From a virus (lineage: Duplodnaviria > Caudoviricetes): DNA of 64,000 bases. Below, piece by piece: positions 9,088-18,500 of the stretch. Position 1 is the stretch's first letter; each line of letters starts with the position of its first letter. The DNA lies in the IMG/VR virus record IMGVR_UViG_3300028392_002123; one strand, given 5' to 3'. A program made the position numbers and the translations under genes. The notes under the pieces were generated by a model that was not told the origin of the DNA, did no database searches, and worked only from the letters and a program-made list of their open reading frames with translations.

Positions 9088-10406
9088 AATTTTTCTCCTT
9101 GTGCAAATCCACGGAATCCTTTGAATCGAGGAAAGCGCAAACTATAAGTTCCGTCCTGATTCTGTGTTACTGCATCTGCACGTACTTCGACAACATGCCC
9201 GTCGACCTTACAACTCCAGAACTCGTCACGTTGTGTATCAGTAAAGCCACTGCCAACATTAACACGAATAGCTTTACCATCATCTACGCCTTCACAAACT
9301 AATGCACCCATCTTGCCTACATTCTTACCTGTGCCTTCTTCTGTGGCAACCACAGTAAGACTGACTTCAATGAATGGTTTCAATTTTAACCAAGAAACAC
9401 TACGTTTACATTCGTAAGGTGCTTCGGGATCTTTAAGCATGATACCTTCATACCCACCTTCAATGGCCTTGGCATTGATTTCTTTGTAACGAACTTGACC
9501 CGCTTCTGTGTCCAAATCAACAAGTTCGTGTCCAACAACTGCTACATTAGGCAACATGTCTTTATAGGTCTTATGCCAGTAGTAGACCATCGCACTACGA
9601 TCTTCTTGACGTTTATCCCAGAAACCTTGTTCAAAATCTTCCAAAGGAATTACATCAAACAAGTTGAGAATAGCATCGTTGGCCTTGACATCACTTTTTC
9701 GATGTACTTGCGTCATTAGGTCTTGAAACGAACTAGACATAATCTCACCATCTAAAACAACATCCACGTTGTTGCTGGAACCGTGTGTCTTCACTACATT
9801 ACTGATCTGTTCTACAATGTGCGGAAAATTAACAAGTTCTTTGCCATTTCGACTGAACATATCCACCCTGCCATCACTACGTACAATAGTAATAACTCTA
9901 ACGCCATCGAGTTTAACTTCGATATATTTTTTGCCCGATACCTTGCTCTCATGATTAGCACTATCGTGAGCAAGCTGACAACCGAATACAGGAATAGCAT
10001 AGTCAGCATATTTCTTCTCCACTACTTTGTTAATAGTTTTTTCGCTGACACCACAGCGTAAGTCTTTGATAAGGATACGTCGATACCAACCATTCCATTG
10101 CTGATTAGTACAGTTAGACATCATTTGTGCTAACATGTCACGAGCCATGTTTCCGGTTATTTGACGAGTAACGAAACCGGTTATAGCCAATGTAAAACTA
10201 TCCCAACTTACACCCGCGCCGTCTGCACCTTTGCGCTCGGGTACTTGCTTGATACCAAAGGTAATCATAGGATCAAGGGCTAGTCGACAGCCCTCAAAAA
10301 ATTCTTTATTGCCCAGTTCGGCCTGTGCCTGTATAATGGCTTCTTTGTTCAAGCGGCTGGGATGATCTTCCAAGGAAGAAATAACTGAGTAGCAGGGATC
10401 TGACAT
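9084..10406 (-). CDS. lig: ATP-dependent DNA ligase; start revised to ATG 10406
   Basis: Motif I EVKLDGVR, LDGEI, EGIMLK, WLKLKP, VGSGFTD and SLRFPRF. GGAG at 10416-10413 lies 6 nt upstream of ATG 10406. Confidence 0.95.
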   Translation of the reverse strand: MSDPCYSVISSLEDHPSRLNKEAIIQAQAELGNKEFFEGCRLALDPMITFGIKQVPERKGADGAGVSWDSFTLAITGFVTRQITGNMARDMLAQMMSNCTNQQWNGWYRRILIKDLRCGVSEKTINKVVEKKYADYAIPVFGCQLAHDSANHESKVSGKKYIEVKLDGVRVITIVRSDGRVDMFSRNGKELVNFPHIVEQISNVVKTHGSSNNVDVVLDGEIMSSSFQDLMTQVHRKSDVKANDAILNLFDVIPLEDFEQGFWDKRQEDRSAMVYYWHKTYKDMLPNVAVVGHELVDLDTEAGQVRYKEINAKAIEGGYEGIMLKDPEAPYECKRSVSWLKLKPFIEVSLTVVATEEGTGKNVGKMGALVCEGVDDGKAIRVNVGSGFTDTQRDEFWSCKVDGHVVEVRADAVTQNQDGTYSLRFPRFKGFRGFAQGEKL

Positions 10407-10437
10407 CGAAGTCTCCAAAATAAATCTCTATGCCATT

Positions 10438-10466
10438 ATTATAGCAAACTAGGGATTTATTGTCAA
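10438..10466 (-). promoter_or_regulatory. Consensus sigma70 promoter TTGACA-N17-TATAAT driving the ligase and downstream small ORFs
   Basis: The + strand has TGTCAA at 10461-10466 and ATTATA at 10438-10443, a spacer of exactly 17 nt, in the gap upstream of the ligase RBS. Confidence 0.85.
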
Positions 10467-10879
10467 ATTAACAGGTTTTCTTTGGCCAAAATACTGTGTA
10501 CAGAGTCATCAATTTCAATGTCTATGGGGGCGTGTACCTGTTGGGACTTGACCAAATCAAAGATTTCTTTTTGCATATTTTTGATAACTACTATCAAATC
10601 TTCGTCATGTTTTTCTTGAAGGAAATCAAACAACATTTTTTTACGATCCTGCATGTACTGAATACGCAGTGAAATTTCCTTCTTTTTGACTTCTTCTACC
10701 AATTTAATATTTTTTAAATGATAGCAGAACATCAATAATCGAACTGTGTCGTGATCACTTTGTTCAATGTTTTTTGAAAGGCGATAGTCGATCAAATTGC
10801 TGTCATGCCGAAATTGCAGATAACAGTCAATGCTGTCAATAATTGTATCTATGTAAGGAAGATAAATTTTAATGATCAT
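10463..10879 (-). CDS. Hypothetical protein (ATG 10879; track start 10891 is TTG)
   Basis: ORF of about 138 aa, co-oriented and overlapping the upstream small gene. Confidence 0.55.
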   Translation of the reverse strand: MIIKIYLPYIDTIIDSIDCYLQFRHDSNLIDYRLSKNIEQSDHDTVRLLMFCYHLKNIKLVEEVKKKEISLRIQYMQDRKKMLFDFLQEKHDEDLIVVIKNMQKEIFDLVKSQQVHAPIDIEIDDSVHSILAKENLLI

Positions 10880-11087
10880 CAGGCCAACCAATTTCCTGAC
10901 TTAGCTCGTAGCGTTGTTTATACAGCATACTCAGGTCGTCTTTGAGTTTTAATTTTTGTTTTTTAAGATTTTCGACTTCAAATTCATTCCAACTTTTTTG
11001 GCGTAGAATAGCATCGATTTTGATTCCCAAATCGTCATGCTGTCGAGTTATGTGTTTAATGTGGTGATCTAAGCTGTCAATATTCAT
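10869..11087 (-). CDS. DUF465/YdcH-like small coiled-coil protein
   Basis: HDDLGIKID...VENLKKQKLKLKDDL pattern; AGGAG RBS at 11098-11094. Confidence 0.7.
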   Translation of the reverse strand: MNIDSLDHHIKHITRQHDDLGIKIDAILRQKSWNEFEVENLKKQKLKLKDDLSMLYKQRYELSQEIGWPDDH

Positions 11088-11121
11088 TAAAAACTCCTTG
11101 CTCTAAAAAATGCATGATGTT

Positions 11122-11151
11122 ATACTAGCATTTTTCTTACTTATCAGTCAA
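11122..11151 (-). promoter_or_regulatory. Probable sigma70-type promoter TTGACT-N18-TAGTAT with TGn extended -10
   Basis: + strand AGTCAA at 11146-11151 and ATACTA at 11122-11127, preceded by TGC on the minus strand; located upstream of the first gene of the leftward island. Confidence 0.5.
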
Positions 11152-11170
11152 GTTCTTTCGGACATCACAG

Positions 11171-11176
11171 TAAATA
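11171..11176 (+). promoter_or_regulatory. TAAATA late-promoter-like motif upstream of the HNH gene
   Basis: TAAATA 5 nt before ATG 11182; resembles the T4-type late promoter TATAAATA. Confidence 0.4.
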
Positions 11177-11181
11177 TATAT

Positions 11182-11721
11182 ATGAGCGACACGTTACTTC
11201 TTAACCGGGACGGCCAACCACTTTGCATGATCCCGCCCAGCGTAATCGATTGGCAGCTGGCAGTTAAATTACTTTTTTTGAAAAAAATCATAGTAATCAA
11301 AAACCACGACGATTGGGAAGTTCACAGCCAAAAATTATCCCTGCCTGTGCCCAGCATTGTAATGACCACACGCTATGTAAAGCCACGTCACAAGGTAGTG
11401 TTTAATCGTAAAATGGTGTACCTTCGGGATAACTACACTTGCCAGTACTGCGGGGAACAATTTACCAGCAAAGACTTGACCCTGGACCATGTTAAACCAA
11501 AAAGTCAGGGTGGTAATTTTGGCTGGAAAAACATTGTTACTTGCTGTGCTACCTGTAATTGGATGAAAGGTGCCAAAGTAATCGAACCACTAACAGAACC
11601 AAAAGAACCCAATTACTGGCAAATGGTCAAGGCTTCTCGCGGAGTCAATCAATACACTTTCAGAGATCCAGCATGGGCAGAATACCTAGGCTACCCTGAA
11701 CAACTACAAGCCAATGGATAA
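11182..11721 (+). CDS. HNH endonuclease (start revised to ATG 11182)
   Basis: RDNYTCQYCG, LTLDHVKPKSQGG, WKNIVTCCATCNWMKG; N-terminal LLLNRDGQPL. Confidence 0.9.
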   Translation: MSDTLLLNRDGQPLCMIPPSVIDWQLAVKLLFLKKIIVIKNHDDWEVHSQKLSLPVPSIVMTTRYVKPRHKVVFNRKMVYLRDNYTCQYCGEQFTSKDLTLDHVKPKSQGGNFGWKNIVTCCATCNWMKGAKVIEPLTEPKEPNYWQMVKASRGVNQYTFRDPAWAEYLGYPEQLQANG

Positions 11722-11926
11722 GTTAATCGCAGACATCGACTTAAAAATAGGATTAGCCGACTGTGCCCTAGTTTTCAAAGACAACGGCACGTTGGAAATC
11801 CTCACGCCCACTGGCATGGACAAAGAAACGCTGAATTACAAGCTTTTAGAAAGCTGTGTCGGACACATCAAACAGTTAGTCAACGAAAATAAGTTGCCAG
11901 ACTTTAAAAATAGAACAATTCATTAA
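11714..11926 (+). CDS. Hypothetical protein
   Basis: 70-aa ORF overlapping the HNH stop. Confidence 0.55.
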   Translation: MDKLIADIDLKIGLADCALVFKDNGTLEILTPTGMDKETLNYKLLESCVGHIKQLVNENKLPDFKNRTIH

Positions 11927-11942
11927 CTACATAGATTATCTG

Positions 11943-11952
11943 TAAATAAATA
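11943..11952 (+). promoter_or_regulatory. Tandem TAAATA motifs (TAAATAAATA) upstream of gp25
   Basis: In the intergenic gap, 5 nt before ATG 11958. Confidence 0.5.
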
Positions 11953-11957
11953 CTTAC

Positions 11958-12344
11958 ATGCGTAAGTTTAAAGGATTTTCTACTGTTAACCGTCAACACA
12001 CAGATTGGCGCCTCTACGACATCGATCTTGCTAAACAAGATCTTCTCAATGAGATTTATACAAGAAAAGGCGAAAGACTCATGAGTCCTAGCTTTGGCTA
12101 TGTTGTATGGGATTTACTGTTTGATCCTTTAACTGAACACGTGACCACAGCAATTGAGCAGGATACAATACGAATTGTCAGTAAAGATCCTAGATTTCAA
12201 TTATTACAAATACTAGTAACAGACAGCCCCGATGAAAGTTCAATCGACGTAAATCTAAGATTATATTACGTCCCGTCTGCATCAGAGACAGAACTAATGG
12301 CCAGTTTTTCTAGGAATTTAAGCGATCAAAGGATAAAAGAATAA
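11958..12344 (+). CDS. gp25: Baseplate wedge subunit, gp25/GPW family
   Basis: LLNEIYTRKGERLMSPSFG...LLFDPLT...IVSKDPR is the gp25 signature. Confidence 0.9.
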   Translation: MRKFKGFSTVNRQHTDWRLYDIDLAKQDLLNEIYTRKGERLMSPSFGYVVWDLLFDPLTEHVTTAIEQDTIRIVSKDPRFQLLQILVTDSPDESSIDVNLRLYYVPSASETELMASFSRNLSDQRIKE

Positions 12345-12345
12345 A

Positions 12346-15300
12346 ATGTCAGCATCTATTAGGCAAGAAAATTTATACGGCGCCGAAGACTGGAGATTAG
12401 TTTATACCAGTTTTAAAAATGCCGAATTTCAAAGTTATGACTTTGATACATTGCGTAGTGCAATGATAGAGTATCTGCAATTAAATTATCCTGAAGAATA
12501 CAACGATTACATTCAAAGCAGTGAATTTATTGCACTGGTTGACTTAGTGGCTTTTGTTGGCCAAAATCTAAGTTTTAGAATGGATTTAAATGCACGTGAA
12601 AATATCTTAGACACCGCGGAAAAGCGTGAAAGTGTGTTGCGTATTGCACGTATGCTTAGTTATAAACCCAAGCGTGTGCGTCCAGCTGAAGGCCTGCTAC
12701 AAGTTACCGCGGTGAGAACAACAGAACAAATTATAGACAGCACAGGCAATAACTTGTCTAATCAATTGGTTACTTGGGGCAGTGATCCCAGCGAATTAGA
12801 CTACGAACGATTTATTAAAATTATTGACAGCGCATTAAACACTACAAATAAATTTGGAGTGCCTGTACAAAAAGTTACAAATACAACTTCGGGTGATAAA
12901 TTTGAAGTATATCAGTTTAATAACATTAATAGAAAAACTGAGTACAGCATACCAGCAATAATTAATACAACAAATATAAACTTTGACCTTTTATCAGTTG
13001 AACTCAGTGACGCAGGTATTATTCAGCAGGCCGTGCCCACAGACAGCTTGGGCTTTAGTTTATTATATAGAAATGATGGCAAAGGTACTGGTAGTATTCG
13101 CACAGGATTTTTTGCACTGGCCAAACAGGGCAGTCAGCAAAGTCAGGTTTTTAGATTTGATGCACCCAAGGCCAATGCAGTAATTGATTTGTACAGCACA
13201 TCAAATATCAGTGAAGATGATTTTTATGTACAGACCTTGGACATTCAAGGTAACGTAGTTAAAAACTGGACCAGAGTAGGATCCATTGATTCCAGCAACT
13301 TGGTTGTAAATCAATATGGTAACTCTAACAAAGACTTGTTTGAAGTAATTTACAGCGATGCTGATATTACCAGCATTAAGTTCGGTGATGGATTATTCAG
13401 CAACAGCGCCGACGGTATTATTCGTGTATGGTACAGACTTGCAGAAGACAGTTTCCTAAAAGTCAAAGCAGGCGATGTATCAAATAAAGCAATCAACATT
13501 GACTATGTTAACAGCAATGGAGAAATTCATACACTAGAGTTAACAATTACTCTGCAAGAAAGCATGACCACTGGTATACCCAGTGAAAATGTCGATGAGA
13601 TCAAAGCTAATGCACCCAATGCATTCTATAGTAAAAATCGCATGGTCACCGGCGACGACTATGCCGGATTCTTGCCCACACTGAACAATAATACTTTATT
13701 ACTCAAAGTAGAAAATAGAACATTTGCAGGCTATAGCAGATACACTGATTTAAATGATCCAACAGGCAAAAGCAGACCCTTGGTCGAACTAGGCGATGAT
13801 GGCTACATTTACTATGATGAAGATATTAAAACTGTGGCGGTTGCAGATAAACCCGGTGTTAGACCCATTGATTTCATTGAAGAACATTTAGAACTAAAAT
13901 TAAATGACATCGGCCTATTGAATTTTTATTATGGCAAATTAGATTTAACCAACACTGGTAGTTCTACATTGTTTAAAATATTTAATGTTGCAGATAAACA
14001 ATATAAATGGAATCCTGCATTCGTGGACAATACCAGCTCAAATGGTTATATTACCAGTAAAAATGTAGATAATGCCGACGTACCGGCTAGACTGGGATTT
14101 ACTACCTATGGCGATCTAAGATCCATACGTCCCGGCAGTTTATTAAACATACAAACCGGCGACACTAAACAGTGGACCATTGTCAATGATATCAAAGGCA
14201 ATGGCCTGGGGCAGGAAGATGACACTGGAAATTATACAGGGTTATTGCTCAACGGTCACGGTGCAGTGGAAATTGACAAATCAATCAGTGCTAGTTCTAC
14301 CATAGTAAATATTGTGCCTGCATTTCCAAGAATATTTGACGAAAATACTCGTGCTAAAATAACAGAATTTTTAGTTAACAACAAACCATTTGCTGTGGCC
14401 ATTGATCATAAACAACCTAAATGGACAGTGATCGACACTACATTAAATGCCATAGATAAAACCAGTGACTGGGACAACGCCGACGATAAAAAATATTGGT
14501 TATTTTATCTGGAACGCAGTTCAGACAGTTGGATTATCAACTTCAGAACCTTAGACTATGTCTTTGGCAGTGACGCATTATTAAGATTTTATAATATTAA
14601 TTTTGCATCCACAGACAATCCGAATTTTAAGAGCATAGGCAATGATTTTATCACTGTGATTAATTCAGTGGCAGGTAAACTTACAGATCAAGCCACTTAT
14701 AGAATAACGGGTTATTATAACTATAAAGATGGCTACACTGACAACAGTAAAGTTAAAATTACACCCTTGGATGTAGACAACAATTTGTTGCCCGACGATC
14801 CCAATCACTTTATCAAAGTTGTTGGCAACAGTACAATAGCACTTAAAAATTACGTAGAAGATGATTTTACATATTTGGTGCCAACTACAGCAGATGATAC
14901 AAATAAAGTTGTAGGTCCTATACCAGGCATACGTGACCTGATGTTCCAATGGACTCATAATACTTACACCGATCAAACTTTAAATCCCGCGCTGACAAAT
15001 ATAATAGATGTATATGTGTTGACCAAGAGTTACAACAGCGAATTTAATGCTTGGAAAAACAGCGGTAGCATTGGCCTACCTCCAGACGCTCCTACCAGCG
15101 AAGAATTGAATAGAGAATTTAAAAATATCGCTGACTATAAAATGTCCACAGATGAAGTAATATTCCATCCTGTAAAATTTAAATCTTTATTTGGCGTTAG
15201 TGCTGATGAAAATCTACAAGCAACATTTAAAGTTATTAAGAATGCCAAGAGCAAGATCACAGACAACGAGTTAAAAAGCAAAGTCTTATCTGCAATCAAT

Positions 15301-15549
15301 GGTTTCTTTGCTGTGGGTAATTTTGACTTTGGCGAAACATTTTATTTTACTGAATTAGCGGCCTATGTGCATGCCAAGTTAAAAACAGATATTAACAGCG
15401 TGGTCATTGTTCCGGTAACTTCTTCCAGTAAATTTGGCACGTTGTTCCAGATAACACCAAATAAAAATGAATTAATAACTAGTACAGCAACAGTTAACGA
15501 TATTGTTGTTATTAAAGATATCACCGACCAGAATATCAGGAAAGCATAA
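12346..15549 (+). CDS. gp6: Baseplate wedge subunit, T4 gp6-like
   Basis: YDFDTLR..MIEYLQ..YPEEYNDY..SSEFIALVDL...NARENILDTA.KRESVLRIARMLSYKPK; NRMVTGDDY; FDFGETFYFTEL. It follows gp25. Confidence 0.9.
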   Translation: MSASIRQENLYGAEDWRLVYTSFKNAEFQSYDFDTLRSAMIEYLQLNYPEEYNDYIQSSEFIALVDLVAFVGQNLSFRMDLNARENILDTAEKRESVLRIARMLSYKPKRVRPAEGLLQVTAVRTTEQIIDSTGNNLSNQLVTWGSDPSELDYERFIKIIDSALNTTNKFGVPVQKVTNTTSGDKFEVYQFNNINRKTEYSIPAIINTTNINFDLLSVELSDAGIIQQAVPTDSLGFSLLYRNDGKGTGSIRTGFFALAKQGSQQSQVFRFDAPKANAVIDLYSTSNISEDDFYVQTLDIQGNVVKNWTRVGSIDSSNLVVNQYGNSNKDLFEVIYSDADITSIKFGDGLFSNSADGIIRVWYRLAEDSFLKVKAGDVSNKAINIDYVNSNGEIHTLELTITLQESMTTGIPSENVDEIKANAPNAFYSKNRMVTGDDYAGFLPTLNNNTLLLKVENRTFAGYSRYTDLNDPTGKSRPLVELGDDGYIYYDEDIKTVAVADKPGVRPIDFIEEHLELKLNDIGLLNFYYGKLDLTNTGSSTLFKIFNVADKQYKWNPAFVDNTSSNGYITSKNVDNADVPARLGFTTYGDLRSIRPGSLLNIQTGDTKQWTIVNDIKGNGLGQEDDTGNYTGLLLNGHGAVEIDKSISASSTIVNIVPAFPRIFDENTRAKITEFLVNNKPFAVAIDHKQPKWTVIDTTLNAIDKTSDWDNADDKKYWLFYLERSSDSWIINFRTLDYVFGSDALLRFYNINFASTDNPNFKSIGNDFITVINSVAGKLTDQATYRITGYYNYKDGYTDNSKVKITPLDVDNNLLPDDPNHFIKVVGNSTIALKNYVEDDFTYLVPTTADDTNKVVGPIPGIRDLMFQWTHNTYTDQTLNPALTNIIDVYVLTKSYNSEFNAWKNSGSIGLPPDAPTSEELNREFKNIADYKMSTDEVIFHPVKFKSLFGVSADENLQATFKVIKNAKSKITDNELKSKVLSAINGFFAVGNFDFGETFYFTELAAYVHAKLKTDINSVVIVPVTSSSKFGTLFQITPNKNELITSTATVNDIVVIKDITDQNIRKA

Positions 15550-18500
15550 TGAGTAAAATTAGTAATATTCCAGGCGAAGAACCATCGCGATCAATTAAAA
15601 ACGAAGATCTACTGCCTGTTGTTTTCAGAACCGATATCAATAAAAAGATGTTGGATAGTTCTGCAAACCTTATGACATCTAAGGGTAAAATGCAACCATT
15701 TTATCAAAGTTATGGTACACAAAATGCTTCTGATGTTGCAGGAAAATTTTTAACAGAAGATAATAACATTGTTAGAAAAGAAAGTCAGACTAATCTAGCA
15801 ATTAATTACTACGATTCCAATGATGAATATAAAGGTAAGTTTTCTTACATTGACCTAGACAATTATTTTAAAATACAGGGACTGCCATTGAAAGATGGCG
15901 TAGACCTGGATAAAGATGTTAAGTCTTTGCAACTGCCTATTAGTCAGTTTAGAACCACAGACTATCAATTATACTATTGGTTGCCTGAAGGTCTGCCACC
16001 ATTTAGAATTCATGTTGAAGATCGTGGCACAGGAATTAGATTAGCTGTAGCCGATAATATTGTGGGCAAACCGTTTGCAATTTTAACCGACGACACTTCG
16101 GGAAAAACAGTTACACTATCTAATTACCAAAAAATATTTTTTACAGGCGCAGTTGATGATGCATATCGAAGTCAGGATCCTGAAAGCCCCGTGGTATACA
16201 TTGTATTAAACGTGGGCAACAGTATTAGATTAGTACCGGAATCTTTCTATGAAAAGAGAGCCAATACCACAGCATATACTAAATTACCCTGGGACGAAGA
16301 CAGCGGTGAACCTCCTTACATGGGCAAAGAATGGGCGGCCGCACCCTGGGACACTAGCAGATATCTAAATTTAGAACCTGAATATGTTTTAGTTGAACAA
16401 TATGCCGGTGATAGAAATCCCTGGAGTATAATCAACTGTTGGTATCATGTTTCTAGAATTAGAGAAGTAATGAATTTCTATGACTTGAAATTAGAAGATT
16501 ACATCAGTGAAAAAAACAGAGCACAGCGTCCTATTATTCAACTGTCTGCGGGAACAAAATTATTTAATTGGCCCACAACATGGATCACTGAAGTTGAAAC
16601 AGTTATAGAAGGAACTAAGAATAAACATTCTGGTATTCATATCAGTATGATCAAAGACAGGTATGATCATCCTATTGCCGAAGGAAAATTAGTTGCCTTT
16701 ACCGAAGAAGCTACAATCTATAGACTGTCAACTGTTGTACAAGACAACCAACATTTATCTGTGTGGACACCAACTCAATATGTTGGCACAGACGGCGCTG
16801 GAGTTTTTGTTGTAGGTGCTACAACAATTAGATATTATTCATTTATATTTAAAAACAACAAGTGGCAACCTGCACAGAATAAAATTCAGCCTAATCAGTG
16901 TCCACTAATAGACGTATTTGATGAAAACGGTGTTAGTTACAGTGATTCTTCTGTTTATTATAATTCTAATTTTGCCGGCGCACGAGTATTGGATTTTGCA
17001 CCAGGCACTACCTACGACCCTGTGCTAAAAAGAAATATAAAATTAAGCGACATTGAATTTGATGCTTTGCCCACTGTGTCCGATGTATTGTTGTCAGGCC
17101 CGAATCAATTACAAATGGTCACTGACATTGATCGAGTATGGAGCTACGACGTAGACATCAACGAAAAATCAACGTCCGGTGTTAATTATTACAAATTCTT
17201 CAATGTTCTAAATTCTTTCTGGAATCAGCGCACAGGCTTGGACATTACCATGTCAGAACAGGTCATCGAGTACACAGAAGACACAGACTTGATGTTCTCA
17301 GCTGAAACAACTGCTCCTGTTGATGGATTTAACACTATACATGTTTTTGAAAATGAAAATCGTGAAACAAACCTATATTTTTATCTCAAAGATTATGGTA
17401 TGGTACCATACACATCTCGACGTGGATCTAATTTAAAAGAATTAATACTGCCTGTAATTTCCAGTGATTTATACAGCGAATACAGAATTGTCTGCCACAA
17501 CTTATCCCTGCCCTTGGCATTGTATGAAAATAAATTAGTAGACGGATATTCACAGCCTGTGCTATTGCCAGAACCCATAGTACAAAACAATAATATATCA
17601 CATGGTGTAATTACAGTTAACCTAGAATCTACGTATATTGATTCTTCTTTAGTGGTTCAAACTAATCCTATCAGTGCTGACGATTCAAAGTTTTTATGGA
17701 ATTATAATAATCAGTGGCGCCTGGCCATAACTCGTCCCATAGACAAGTTCAAGTTTATTACCAATGCATTTTTACGAGATAGAACAGTACCTTTATACAA
17801 CGGATTTGATTATAGAAATGCAACAAATTCTCAGACAGCCACTGGCATTGACGTTATTGAAGCCACTAAGTCATTGAGTAAAAAAGCACTGGTAGGCGAT
17901 AAAATTGTAATAGAAAGTCCTGCACTGGTGTCAGGAAAGAAAACAGCACCATATGCACTGAGCAGTAATCCAGGCAACGAAGGTCTTTCTAACTTAGATT
18001 ATTATAGTGTATATCAACACTTGACCTTTGAACAATCTACGTCTCCTAATTCCCGAGAATTTTTAGATCCAGGTAATACCGATGGCACATATAATGCTTT
18101 GCTGGTGCCGCTGGGATCAGGTACAATTCACAAACATAATCAACCTATAGGTTTATTTGGATTATTGTCAGCTAACACAGAATTGGATCTAATAGACACT
18201 ATTACAAAACAGGCACGACACTATGACACATTTATGTCTAGATTTAAAGCAGACCTGCAACAGGCTATTAACAGGGCAGAAGATTTATCCACGGCAAATT
18301 ATCAAAATATTCTAACAGTGGCCTTAGAATCAGTGTACGTTAACCAAGTTGAGGATACATTCTGGCATCACAGTAATATGATTGGTTGGGGCATTGATTA
18401 TAAAGAAAATTCCACAACACTTACAGATAATAATTATGCATTTGTATACCCTATAGAATCTATATCCTTTGGAGCAGGCAAAGAATTATTAACTCATATT

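Noticed and set aside
6763-10061. + strand ORFs overlapping the radical SAM, small ORFs and ligase (6763-7104, 7767-7979, 9099-9302, 9495-9719, 9769-9954, 9783-10061)
   Set aside because: They are antisense to well-supported minus-strand genes and have no independent signals.
11182-11721. Mobile homing endonuclease
   Set aside because: It looks like the compact stand-alone Zn-HNH type with no NUMOD/AP2 DNA-binding domain, and it does not interrupt a gene. Mobility is not supported, so it is listed only as a CDS.
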